Of a DNA stretch of 64,000 nt, positions 29,366 through 39,638 are shown in pieces. Numbering within the stretch: the first letter of the stretch is position 1; every line of letters begins with the position of its first letter. The stretch covers positions 2,445-66,444 of the forward strand of contig JAEEMF010000018.1 of the NCBI GenBank assembly GCA_016283075.1, given 5' to 3'. The notes beneath the pieces were generated by a model, which saw only the letters and a list, made by a program, of their open reading frames with translations, was not told the DNA's origin and did not search any database. Both the position numbers and the translations under genes were made by a program. The DNA comes from Bacilli bacterium. GTDB lineage: Bacteria; Bacillota_I; Bacilli_A; RF39; UBA660.

Positions 29366-32300
29366 TCACATTATCTCCTTCTATTTCATTTCCATCTACT
29401 TTAATTATTTTATCATTTAGTATACTTGATTCCACACTACATATCTCATTATTTGCATCTTCGTCAAAAGGAAGACTTAATGCTCGGCACTTATTATCTC
29501 CTACGATTATATACCAGTTATCTCCTACAAAAACAAAATCACTTTTATCAGGTATATATTCTTCATATAATTCTTCATTATTTTTAGAACTTATTGCATT
29601 TATTTTATTAATTTTTGCTACTACTCTCTTAGAAGGGTTTGATTCAAAAATAATTTTATTTCTAGTTCTTTTATAATATGCTTCTGCATCATACTTTTTT
29701 ATATAATTCTTTTTGTCATATTCACCATATTCATTAAGTTCATACTTTGATGCAAGGCAAATAATAGGAAAAGATCCGCAATAATCAGTAGTAAGTTTTC
29801 CATCATCTAAATTCTCTGTATACTCAAGAAATTCTTCAAAATCTTCTGTATCTTCTACAAATGAAAGTTCTCCTATTTCTCTTCTTAGATTAATACCAAC
29901 ATTAGATTTATATGTATTAAATCCGTAACTTTTTGTTATAAATACATTTTCTATTTGATTATCTTCTGGTTCAGTACTACTAGATATATTTATAAAATCT
30001 TCAGATGCTTTAATTACTACTTTTCTTAATTCAGTAAGTTGTGAATCAGTATAATCACTTGAATTCATTGCAACATCATAAATAGTTCTAAGCTGATTTA
30101 AATAAATACTATTACCATGTCTTAAACCTGATGCTCTTGCAATAAATTTTCCTTCATTATCAGTTATTTTAATTACAAAACCATTTGGATTAATTGCGCA
30201 GTAATGTAAGAAATCATTGTCATTTCCACTAACTTTAAAACAAGCATCTGTATCAATGCCTGATACTAATATAGAAGGATCTTGACTATCATATAAAGAG
30301 TAATTATATCCATTAGTACTTCCCTTAATATAAGGTACAGTGGATTTATTTTTTTCAGCCATTTGAGCAACTAATTCCGCTGCTATTTCAACTCTTTCTG
30401 GTGTATCTTCACTAGTATATTCAGTACTATATATAACCTTCTGTATAACATCTAAATCTTCAAGTATTGCAAGTTCTTCTTTAGAACAGTTATTAACAAT
30501 ATCAATTGATGTTAAATAATTAAAATAATTAAGTTCATTAATACCCATTTCTCTTAAAAGATCATATGCTTTTCCAAAAGAAAGTATTTGATCGTACGAA
30601 AAGTAATATCTATTATTATTAGAAAAGAATAGGAAAATCCAAAATAATCCTTTATCACACATAAGTTTAGTAAATGCATTATATTTTTCATCATCTAAAA
30701 TATCATTTACAGCAAAAGGTAGTTTTAGCTTAATTTTATAATCTGGATCAGTATATGAACTATTAAGTAAATGAACAAGTATATTATCTGGCACATAATT
30801 GTAATTAAATCTATAAAAATCATCATTAAAGCAGAAGTTTGATTCATCTATTTCAGCTAATTGAAAATTAAATATTTCGTTATCTTCATTTACTTCTTTA
30901 GCTTTCATAATTATTTCTCTTACTATTCTTTTAGCTAAATATAGTTTCTTTTCATATTCTATACATTCATCAATATCTGTAACTTTTGCAGTATTATTTT
31001 TATATGTGGTTTTTCCATTTATTGTACATTTTTCAATATAATTTTTAAATCTTTCTACATCTTTATCCGTATATTTTATATAACCACTATTAAGTCTATT
31101 AACAAGTTTATTTACCTCTTTAGAAATACAATATGTATCATATTCTTCTGGTTTACCAGGAGTATCAAATTCATCTTTTTCACATACAGATTCGAAAAGT
31201 GCATCTACTAACTCACTATCACCATATTTATCTTTTAAGTAATTTACAAATTCATCAAAAGAACCATTTAAATAAAATCTTTTAATAGTTTTAATATATC
31301 TTTTACTCATAATATAAGATTTTACTGCTTTATTATCTTTTCTAAGTATGTAATAGTTAAGTAAGTAGTTTCTTATATGATCATATCCACTTTCTAACTC
31401 GTTTTCTATACATTGTGAGTAATATAAAGAACATATACTAGATATTAAAGATAAATATTTATTTTGTTTTTCAGGTTCTCCTTCATTATGGTATAACTCA
31501 TGATATCTTCCCATAGCATCATGTAATACTTCTACTTTATCTTTAGGTAATTCTTCTTTCATTCCATTTAATACTTCATATAAATCATTTAGTGATACAT
31601 TATAAGAAGTATTTGCTCTCAAACTAGAACCTATTAAAGAAAATGGGTTTGCTGTCTCTCCAGTTTTCTTCATTTCCATATATCCAACTACTCTACCATA
31701 ATCATGCATGTTTTCGATAGTTAAAGGAGTAGATACCGCTTTAGAAATAAGAGCAGAAACTCTATCATTATATTTTGCTTTATCAATACGTTTTCTACCT
31801 TTATATGAAAATAATTTTTTATTAATTTCTTTATCTTCTAAATGATTAACAGATAATTCTTGTGTAATATCTTTACCTTTTTCAATCATATCAATAATAT
31901 ATTTATTAGGAAGTAATGAGTTATTACAGTAAAGAATAGTTTCTGAAGGATTGTTTTTATAAGATACTTCAGTAATATCCTTACTATCCCTTAAGAAATC
32001 AGGGGTATCTTCATTTATATAATATTTATTAGAAGAACATATTTTCTCTATAATAATATTTTTTTCATTATCAGATAGACTATTGTAGTCTAGATAGTCT
32101 ACTGAAAAAATATCTTTTTCTATGGATCTTAAAGCTAGTTTAAATAAACCTTTTAAATAAAAAGGAGTTTTTTCAGTTATATAATAATTAGGTTTCAAAG
32201 AATTAAATATAGCATCTTCATATCCTACTTCAAAAGCTTTAGGAAGTTCTTGTACAGAATTTGGATCTTTTCTAATTGATGATAAAGTGCATTCAATACT

Positions 32301-32519
32301 ATTTCTAAATATTTCTAAATCATAGTTCTTAAAAGAATAATTATGCGCACAAAAAACCCTAATAAGTTCTTTTTCTTCTTCAGAACTTAAACTTTCATTC
32401 CTAGTAAGTTTAATAAGAGTTTTTCTATTTATAGCGCCTTTATTCATTAAATTATTATTTAGAATAAACTCTATTAACTTATAATTTTCTCTCATATTAG
32501 GATATATTACATCCGCCAT
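29340..32519 (-). CDS. large cytoplasmic protein of unknown function, type B (B1, 1059 aa)
   Basis: Full-length paralog of 35550..38720. Shared strings are KLVNRLNSGYIKYTDKDVE, DDEKYNAFT, VSGIDT.ACFKV, NQLRTI, VFITKSYGFNT and FVGDNWY. Confidence 0.85.
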   Translation of the reverse strand: MADVIYPNMRENYKLIEFILNNNLMNKGAINRKTLIKLTRNESLSSEEEKELIRVFCAHNYSFKNYDLEIFRNSIECTLSSIRKDPNSVQELPKAFEVGYEDAIFNSLKPNYYITEKTPFYLKGLFKLALRSIEKDIFSVDYLDYNSLSDNEKNIIIEKICSSNKYYINEDTPDFLRDSKDITEVSYKNNPSETILYCNNSLLPNKYIIDMIEKGKDITQELSVNHLEDKEINKKLFSYKGRKRIDKAKYNDRVSALISKAVSTPLTIENMHDYGRVVGYMEMKKTGETANPFSLIGSSLRANTSYNVSLNDLYEVLNGMKEELPKDKVEVLHDAMGRYHELYHNEGEPEKQNKYLSLISSICSLYYSQCIENELESGYDHIRNYLLNYYILRKDNKAVKSYIMSKRYIKTIKRFYLNGSFDEFVNYLKDKYGDSELVDALFESVCEKDEFDTPGKPEEYDTYCISKEVNKLVNRLNSGYIKYTDKDVERFKNYIEKCTINGKTTYKNNTAKVTDIDECIEYEKKLYLAKRIVREIIMKAKEVNEDNEIFNFQLAEIDESNFCFNDDFYRFNYNYVPDNILVHLLNSSYTDPDYKIKLKLPFAVNDILDDEKYNAFTKLMCDKGLFWIFLFFSNNNRYYFSYDQILSFGKAYDLLREMGINELNYFNYLTSIDIVNNCSKEELAILEDLDVIQKVIYSTEYTSEDTPERVEIAAELVAQMAEKNKSTVPYIKGSTNGYNYSLYDSQDPSILVSGIDTDACFKVSGNDNDFLHYCAINPNGFVIKITDNEGKFIARASGLRHGNSIYLNQLRTIYDVAMNSSDYTDSQLTELRKVVIKASEDFINISSSTEPEDNQIENVFITKSYGFNTYKSNVGINLRREIGELSFVEDTEDFEEFLEYTENLDDGKLTTDYCGSFPIICLASKYELNEYGEYDKKNYIKKYDAEAYYKRTRNKIIFESNPSKRVVAKINKINAISSKNNEELYEEYIPDKSDFVFVGDNWYIIVGDNKCRALSLPFDEDANNEICSVESSILNDKIIKVDGNEIEGDNVNVYIRRKD

Positions 32520-32586
32520 ATTCTCACCTTAGCCCGTAGTATCTCAAGTAGTTTATTATTGTAATACAAAGTATCTTTTATATCAA

Positions 32587-32609
32587 GAAAAAAAGAAGGA
32601 TTTCCTTCT
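32587..32609 (-). terminator. rho-independent terminator after A2
   Basis: AGAAGGA-TT-TCCTTCT plus T7 on the minus strand. Confidence 0.7.
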
Positions 32610-32611
32610 TT

Positions 32612-35569
32612 TTAACTTAATACTTTATATTTTTTATTTTTTAATGAATTAATAGCATCTTTACATTCATTAAGCGCTTCTTTATCTAGTTCGTATACCC
32701 TACTATCAAGTATTGTTTTAGTAGTTTCATCATAAATAATAAACCAGTTATCTCCTACTATATAAGATGAGTTTTCATCATGATTTATAGTATGACTTAC
32801 TTTATCATCATGACATAATTGTGATAAAGAAATTATTTTATATATTTTATCTTTTACTTCATCAAAATTATTTGTTTCTACTTCTTCATCTCTTGGTCTA
32901 GTATATATGCTTGGCATATAAAAAGGATCATACTCATAGTTATAATTATATAGTTTATATGTTCTAGGAGTATTAGGATAACGATCAGTTATTACTTCAT
33001 CTATATCAATATCTACAAAATGAATTGGCTTCTTATCATTAAATTTTCTCTTAGTAATTTTTTGAAGTGCTTCAGCAATTTCAAGTGTAAGATTTCTAAC
33101 ACTTACAATCTTATCAAAATTATCATATATAGTTTCTGGTACTTCTATATGAAGTGTATTACCCATTCTTTTTAAAGAAATAATTCCAATAAAGTTATCT
33201 AATGAATCAGTAATTCTTACATAAGACTCACTTGGTGTAGTTGTAGCATCTTTCTTTAAAACAATACAGTCTTTAACATATTGTCCATCTGATAAGTTAT
33301 ATGTTTTATATTTAAGTCCATTATATTCTCCATCTAAATAAGGAATATTGGATTCATTATTAGGAATAAAACTTCCAACTGGGAAATACCCTGAATCTAT
33401 AGAGTAATACTCTTCATTCATTTTTTCAATTACTTTACGAATATGTTCTTCTCCAAGAAGTGCAAAGGCATCCTCATCTATTACTTTTCCGTAGAATACA
33501 CCTGTTACAAAGTTGTAAAAATCCATATTAGAGTAATCTATTTTACCTATATTTCTATCTATAGAACTAAATAGTACAAATGGATCAATTCTTCTATTAA
33601 TTGATAATTCGAATATGTCTTCATTAGAAAACATGTTATTATTTGGATAATCATTAAAAATGAATCTTGCTACTCCTGTTTTACTTAAAAATTCATCTAT
33701 ATCTTTATGATTATGTAACATATTTTCACTTATCTTAGAGTATGGTGAAAATATATAATCAACTATATCATTGAATGTTATAGGGCAGTATACTTCAAAA
33801 TGTTCATCATCAAGTGGTGAATTATTATCCATTAATATACCACCATTATCATCAGGAAAACTTTTTGATAACGAATCAAAATATAGTTCTTCTAATACTT
33901 CTTTTGCTATTTTATATAATTTTTTATTATCTTCAAATTCTTCTTTATACTCATATTCGGTATAATCATTTGATTCACGAGCGTAGAATACCCCATCTTC
34001 ACTTTGATAGATATAATCTGATAAATATCCTAAATTATATTCATCTATAGAAATAGTATTATCATTTAATTTATTTACAAGGGAGTCTATTTTCTTACCT
34101 AAAAGAGCCTTTTTATAAGTTGCAAATGCTTCACTATCAGGTAAATCTTTTTCAAAATCATATCCTAAATAGTCATGATAATAATCATTTATGTAATGAT
34201 AAATAGCACTTTCTTCATCATTAGATAAATTATATTTCTTAGAGTATTTAGTAATAGTTTCACAGTAGTTTCCAGAATCTGATATTATAGTGCATAATCT
34301 ATCTTTATTTCTCTTTTGTTTTAGATAGATACCTCTATTTTTCTTAGGTCTTATTACATTACTAAATAGTTTTTTATATAAGTAATCTATATATTTTTCT
34401 TTTTCTCTTTCTAAATAAATAGAAATATATTTATTTAGAACTATACTTGCTTCACTAGGAATATATCCATCTTTTTTTAATCTATGTATTTCATATATAG
34501 ATTTAAAGAACTCTCTATACTCATCTGGTTTTAAATTAGCTTTAAATCTTTTTCTTATTTCATCAGTAGCATTCATGGTTTTATCAAATGTATTATCTGG
34601 ATAAATACTACTTATAATATTTGAAAATAAGTCTATATACCAATCTTTATATATAAATTTATAACGTTCCCACTCCTCTTCAATTGTTCTTCTATAAAAA
34701 TCTTTTATAGATTTAATAGAAGGATTACTTCCAAAAGAAGATTTAATTATAGATGCAAATTCACTTATATTTTCCCTATATAAATCTACTCTCTCAGAAT
34801 TATAAGAACTTAGCATTCTAAGAAGTATTTCATCAAAATCATCTCTTTTTGATAGTACATCTAAAGGTACTCCTTTTAAATCAAATGTTCTTAAAACACC
34901 ATTTTCATACATATAGTTATATAACATAGGACATTCATTTACATAATAAAATAATTGATCATTTGTAATCCATCCTTTTTTTTTTGCATATGTTATAAAG
35001 TTATAATCTACTATATTAAAACCAATTTCTAATTCATCTAAATCTAAACTTATTAAATAATCTACAATACTCTTTTTCTCTTCATCACTAAAGTATTCAA
35101 AATTAATATTTGTAGATGAATTAGGATCTAATTTAATAGAGTTAAATGCTATAGCATAACTATTTTTAAAAATAACAGGACTATCAAAAGATAATACATA
35201 GTTATTATCTATAGCTAACTTTTCTAAATCTTTAATACTCATCATTATATTTTTATTAACTTTTATTTTTCCTAAAGCAGTAGCATATTTAGACCAGGCT
35301 AAATGAGCTATACACTTAGGATTAGATAAAAATAAATATGGAGTATCATTAGTTACTTCTACATTATTCTTGCAAAAATCTTCTACTAATATATCTATTT
35401 CTTCTTTAGATAATTCCCAGTTATTTAATCTTTCTTTATCTTTAGAAGATATTATTTTCGCTACTTTAGCAAGTTTTAATGGATTAAAAGTATCACCACT
35501 AGAAAGAGGGATATTTTTATTATTCATTATGTAATTAAATAAATTAATTTTATCGCTTAATGAAGGCAT
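32612..35569 (-). CDS. large cytoplasmic protein of unknown function, type A (A2, 985 aa)
   Basis: ATG with an AAGGAGGG RBS inside the 3' end of B2 (20-nt overlap). Paralog of A1. Confidence 0.85.
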   Translation of the reverse strand: MPSLSDKINLFNYIMNNKNIPLSSGDTFNPLKLAKVAKIISSKDKERLNNWELSKEEIDILVEDFCKNNVEVTNDTPYLFLSNPKCIAHLAWSKYATALGKIKVNKNIMMSIKDLEKLAIDNNYVLSFDSPVIFKNSYAIAFNSIKLDPNSSTNINFEYFSDEEKKSIVDYLISLDLDELEIGFNIVDYNFITYAKKKGWITNDQLFYYVNECPMLYNYMYENGVLRTFDLKGVPLDVLSKRDDFDEILLRMLSSYNSERVDLYRENISEFASIIKSSFGSNPSIKSIKDFYRRTIEEEWERYKFIYKDWYIDLFSNIISSIYPDNTFDKTMNATDEIRKRFKANLKPDEYREFFKSIYEIHRLKKDGYIPSEASIVLNKYISIYLEREKEKYIDYLYKKLFSNVIRPKKNRGIYLKQKRNKDRLCTIISDSGNYCETITKYSKKYNLSNDEESAIYHYINDYYHDYLGYDFEKDLPDSEAFATYKKALLGKKIDSLVNKLNDNTISIDEYNLGYLSDYIYQSEDGVFYARESNDYTEYEYKEEFEDNKKLYKIAKEVLEELYFDSLSKSFPDDNGGILMDNNSPLDDEHFEVYCPITFNDIVDYIFSPYSKISENMLHNHKDIDEFLSKTGVARFIFNDYPNNNMFSNEDIFELSINRRIDPFVLFSSIDRNIGKIDYSNMDFYNFVTGVFYGKVIDEDAFALLGEEHIRKVIEKMNEEYYSIDSGYFPVGSFIPNNESNIPYLDGEYNGLKYKTYNLSDGQYVKDCIVLKKDATTTPSESYVRITDSLDNFIGIISLKRMGNTLHIEVPETIYDNFDKIVSVRNLTLEIAEALQKITKRKFNDKKPIHFVDIDIDEVITDRYPNTPRTYKLYNYNYEYDPFYMPSIYTRPRDEEVETNNFDEVKDKIYKIISLSQLCHDDKVSHTINHDENSSYIVGDNWFIIYDETTKTILDSRVYELDKEALNECKDAINSLKNKKYKVLS

Positions 35570-38500
35570 TCATTTTCCCTCCTTTAATGGTTTCTATTTC
35601 ACTTTCACTTACATAATCATGAAGCGTTGAAAGTGCAGCTTTTAATTCTTTTTGAGCATCTTTATCAAATTTTAAAGCATAAGCATCTATAAATGAATCA
35701 TTTACTACTAAATACCAGTTGTCTCCGACAAAAGCTTTAGAATTCTTATCATATTTAATGTTTTCAAAATCATCATCATTTCCAAAATAAGCTTTTACTG
35801 CTCTTATTTTATTTATCTTTCTATTTGTTTCAGAAGAAATACTATCTTCACATATAACTTTATTTCTAGGTCTTTTATAGAATGGTTTTGGATCATATTT
35901 AACTATCTTAGTATTAGCTTTAGTATATTTCTTTTTTTCTTCTAAAGAAGCTAAACATATTAACTGATAATTATAATAATCGGTAGGAAGACTGTTACTA
36001 CCAGGAAGATCAGTTAATTCTTGTGTTTCATGCCTAAATTCTTCCCAGTCTTCTCCTTCTCTTACATAAGGATTATCAGAAATGATATTTTTTATTGTTT
36101 CCGCTACATTAGATTCACATGTATTAAATCCATAACTTTTAGTAATAAATACATATTCTATTCTATGATCTTCTGGCTCAACTTTAGAAGAAATGTTAAT
36201 TATATCATTACTTGCTTTAATTAAAGCCTTTCTCATTTCTTCTATTTCGCAGTTGTTATATACAGAGCTATTTAAATCTATATCATTTATTGTTCTAAGC
36301 TGATTAAAGTACACTGCATTACCATTTCTAAATCCCGAAGCTCTTCCTACAAAGTTACCTTGTTTATCAGTAAGTTTAATAATAAATCCATTTTTATTAA
36401 TACCGCAGTAGAACATAAGGTCATTATCTACTCCGCCTACTTTAAAACATGCATTAGTATCTATTCCAGATACTAATATATCAGGAGACTGACTATCATA
36501 TGTTTCATAGTTATAAGCCTCTGTAGAACCTTTTACATATGGTACTGTTGACTCACTTCTTCTAGCCATTTGAGCCATTAACGCCCCAGCACCATTTACT
36601 CTTCTTTCTATAGTAACACCATTAGCATAAACAGTAGAATAAATAATCTTACGCATAATATCAGGTTTATCTACTAAAGCAAATGATGCACTTTTAGAAC
36701 AATTAGCTAAATCTACAACATTTAAAAAATCAAATACTGTAATATCATCTACATCTATTAGTTTTAAATAATCATATACTTCACTAAAAGAAGATAATCT
36801 TACATAAGGTTCTTTAAAGTAATAATCACTATCAAATCCATCAAGCCATATATATCCAGTTTCACATAAAAAGTTAGTAAATGCATTATATTTTTCATCA
36901 TCTAAAATGGTTCCAATTTGAAATGGAAAACGTGCTGAAAAATTATCTACTGATCTATGATTTGCTATTAAATTATAATAAGCTTTTCTATTATTACCAA
37001 ATGTATTAAATTCATAAAACTCATCAGTAAAACTAAGTGTACCATCTGGAATACTCATTAACTGATAATCAAATATTTCATCATCTTCATTATATTCTTT
37101 AGCTTTTAAAATTAAATCTTGTTTAATTTTACTAGTAATATATAATTCTTTTTCATATCTTTTAAATTCTTTTAATTCTTCATTTGTAAATGTTTCACCT
37201 ATATAAATATATTTACCAGATGATTTATCATACTTAATTACTCCTAAGTATTTTTCTACATCTTTATCAGTATACTTAATATATCCACTATTAAGCCTAT
37301 TTACTAATTTAGAAGCTTCTTTAGATATTGTATAAGAATTCCAAAGTAGAGGCGGATTATTAGTATACTTACTATAAAATGAAAAAGTTCTTACTACTTC
37401 ATAAGCGAATTTTTTATCTACATTATATTTTTCTGCTAAACTATCTATATATTTTAGTAGTTCTTCATCTTTATTATCTAATTTCTTTTTAATAGTATTA
37501 CCATATCTTTTACCCATTATAAAAGATTTAACTTTCTTATTATCTTTTCTAGGTATAAATAGACTTCTAGTTTTATCTATATAAGTATTTATGGTTTCAG
37601 TTATTCTTTTTTCTTTTTGTTTAGAAAAATAAAGTGCACAAAAACTAGATATATTAGTTAAATAATCACTTAAGTTATCAGTAATACCATTATGATAATC
37701 ATTAAAGTACTTTTCAGCATTATTTAAGAAATTAATATATTCTTCTCTTCCCATTATATCTTCCATACTAGTAAGAGTTACGCGAAGTAGCCCTTTTGCG
37801 GCTACAAAATCATCACTTTCTCTTAAAGTAGAACATATAGTAGTAAATGGATTAATAAAAGTACTATCTTTACTTATTTTAATAATTCCTATAGCTCTTG
37901 CATAATCTTTAATATTTTGAATAGTAAGAGGTTTAGAAAATACTTTTGCAACTAATTCTTTTGATCTAGCATAGTATTTATCATAATCATCACCTTTATA
38001 AAAGAAGAATGCTTCTCTCATAATAGAATCAATAACATCTTTATCTTTAAAATGGACATGCGATATATATTTAGTTTTACCTTCATTATCAATAATATCC
38101 GCTATTATACTAGGAGGTATTATCTTTCTATCTACATAATCTATAGTATTTTCATCTATCTTATAAGAACACTCAAATACTTTAGTATTACACTTTAAAT
38201 ATTCTGGAGACTTTTCTGAAAGTACAAAATTATTCTTACAAAGAATATCTACTATAGTATTTCTTTCTTCTTTAGATAGTCCGTCATAATCGATATAGTT
38301 AGCGCTATTTATATCTTTATTTAAAGATATATTTATTATTTCAATATTATGTTTTAAAAATAATGGAGACTCTTTAGATAAAACATAATTATCTTTAATT
38401 AGTTCTATTACTTCTTTAATAATAGATATATCTAATTCACTTGGTAAACAGTTTACTGAGTTAAGGTTAACTTTTATAGATGAAATAATACATTCTCTAT

Positions 38501-38720
38501 TAACACTAAATAAAGGATGATTATATTCTAGTAAAGAACATTTAGACATACAAAAAACATTTCTAAGTTCTTTTTGCTCTTCAAAATTTAGAAATTCATC
38601 ATTAATTATTTTTGTAATAGTATCTCTATTTATACATTTATTTTCATCAAGAGAAAAGTTTCTAAGTATAAATTCTACTAATACATATTTTTTCTCATCT
38701 AGATATAAAAAATCATCCAT
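35550..38720 (-). CDS. large cytoplasmic protein of unknown function, type B (B2, about 1056 aa)
   Basis: Paralog of B1. The track start at 38732 is TTG; the ATG at 38720 (MDDFLYLDEKK) lies downstream of GGGGGA. Confidence 0.85.
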   Translation of the reverse strand: MDDFLYLDEKKYVLVEFILRNFSLDENKCINRDTITKIINDEFLNFEEQKELRNVFCMSKCSLLEYNHPLFSVNRECIISSIKVNLNSVNCLPSELDISIIKEVIELIKDNYVLSKESPLFLKHNIEIINISLNKDINSANYIDYDGLSKEERNTIVDILCKNNFVLSEKSPEYLKCNTKVFECSYKIDENTIDYVDRKIIPPSIIADIIDNEGKTKYISHVHFKDKDVIDSIMREAFFFYKGDDYDKYYARSKELVAKVFSKPLTIQNIKDYARAIGIIKISKDSTFINPFTTICSTLRESDDFVAAKGLLRVTLTSMEDIMGREEYINFLNNAEKYFNDYHNGITDNLSDYLTNISSFCALYFSKQKEKRITETINTYIDKTRSLFIPRKDNKKVKSFIMGKRYGNTIKKKLDNKDEELLKYIDSLAEKYNVDKKFAYEVVRTFSFYSKYTNNPPLLWNSYTISKEASKLVNRLNSGYIKYTDKDVEKYLGVIKYDKSSGKYIYIGETFTNEELKEFKRYEKELYITSKIKQDLILKAKEYNEDDEIFDYQLMSIPDGTLSFTDEFYEFNTFGNNRKAYYNLIANHRSVDNFSARFPFQIGTILDDEKYNAFTNFLCETGYIWLDGFDSDYYFKEPYVRLSSFSEVYDYLKLIDVDDITVFDFLNVVDLANCSKSASFALVDKPDIMRKIIYSTVYANGVTIERRVNGAGALMAQMARRSESTVPYVKGSTEAYNYETYDSQSPDILVSGIDTNACFKVGGVDNDLMFYCGINKNGFIIKLTDKQGNFVGRASGFRNGNAVYFNQLRTINDIDLNSSVYNNCEIEEMRKALIKASNDIINISSKVEPEDHRIEYVFITKSYGFNTCESNVAETIKNIISDNPYVREGEDWEEFRHETQELTDLPGSNSLPTDYYNYQLICLASLEEKKKYTKANTKIVKYDPKPFYKRPRNKVICEDSISSETNRKINKIRAVKAYFGNDDDFENIKYDKNSKAFVGDNWYLVVNDSFIDAYALKFDKDAQKELKAALSTLHDYVSESEIETIKGGKMNAFIKR

Positions 38721-38788
38721 AAAGTCCCCCAATTTATAAAAGATTTAATATGCGGTTTATTATAATACATTATTAATATTAAGGCAAA

Positions 38789-38815
38789 TTAAAAAAGATA
38801 GAAATATTCTATCTT
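38789..38815 (-). terminator. rho-independent terminator after the kinase-like gene
   Basis: AAGATAGAA-ATA-TTCTATCTT plus a T-run on the minus strand, overlapping the TAG stop. Confidence 0.65.
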
Positions 38816-39627
38816 TTAACTCCATATTCTTTTAAGAAGCCCTTTCTTTTATAATTAATATAATCATAGAAATCAAGAGCTCTAGTATAATCTTCACCAA
38901 TTGTATTTTTATTAAATGAATAATCATCAAATATATTAGTAATTATTTCTCCAAAATCGTTATCTAATGTATCAAATACTATTTCTTTAAATTCAGGATT
39001 TTCCTTTATAAAAGGTATTACTTCATCTACATCTTTTAAAGGATTATTTATTTTATCAAAACCATATGGGAAGCAAGATTCATAATCATAAACAGGTGCT
39101 AAACTTATTTTACCAGTACTCTTTTCTCTTGCTATTTGAACATTTACACCTGCTCTATCTTCCTGGCCCATAGCAAAATCTAGGGCTAATAATTTATAGT
39201 ATTCAGTCATAAATTCTTTTTTATTACTATCACTTATGCACATTTTAAGTACTTCATCTAGCATAAACATTGTGTATTTAATATCTTTACCAAGTTTTAA
39301 AAACTGATATCTTTTATCACTTCTAAAGTCTTTTGAGGCAATACCTAGTATTCCACCTCTTACTGCTACTTTATATTCTACTGTAGGAAGCTTAATTCTT
39401 TTAGCTAAATAGGAACCAAATAGTTCATGATATAAAGAATGATACTGTTTTAAACTAGATTCTTCTTTAAAGAAGTAGTAATCACCATTATGTTTTTCAA
39501 TCATTTCAACATATTTCTTACTAGTATTTGTATATGGATAAGCATATACTTTTTCTTTTTCAGAAAATGGTATTTCATCAAAAGTAATTACTTCTGTTTT
39601 ATCAGTAATTATTGATTCTAGAATCAT
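38809..39627 (-). CDS. HipA / PI3-4-kinase-like putative kinase (paralog of 5491..6312)
   Basis: GQEDRAGVNVQIA and LAPVYDY motifs. The ATG at 39627 has a perfect GAGGAGG RBS; the track start at 39642 is GTG. Lies 11 nt after the YolD-like stop. Confidence 0.5.
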   Translation of the reverse strand: MILESIITDKTEVITFDEIPFSEKEKVYAYPYTNTSKKYVEMIEKHNGDYYFFKEESSLKQYHSLYHELFGSYLAKRIKLPTVEYKVAVRGGILGIASKDFRSDKRYQFLKLGKDIKYTMFMLDEVLKMCISDSNKKEFMTEYYKLLALDFAMGQEDRAGVNVQIAREKSTGKISLAPVYDYESCFPYGFDKINNPLKDVDEVIPFIKENPEFKEIVFDTLDNDFGEIITNIFDDYSFNKNTIGEDYTRALDFYDYINYKRKGFLKEYGVKR

Positions 39628-39638
39628 AATAAACCTCC

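Noticed and set aside
34976-34985. T10 homopolymer inside A2 (and T8 at 28740-28747 in A1) as a phase-variation switch
   Set aside because: These tracts encode Lys runs in an extremely AT-rich genome where they are common. The frame is intact and there is no evidence of length heterogeneity from a single sequence.
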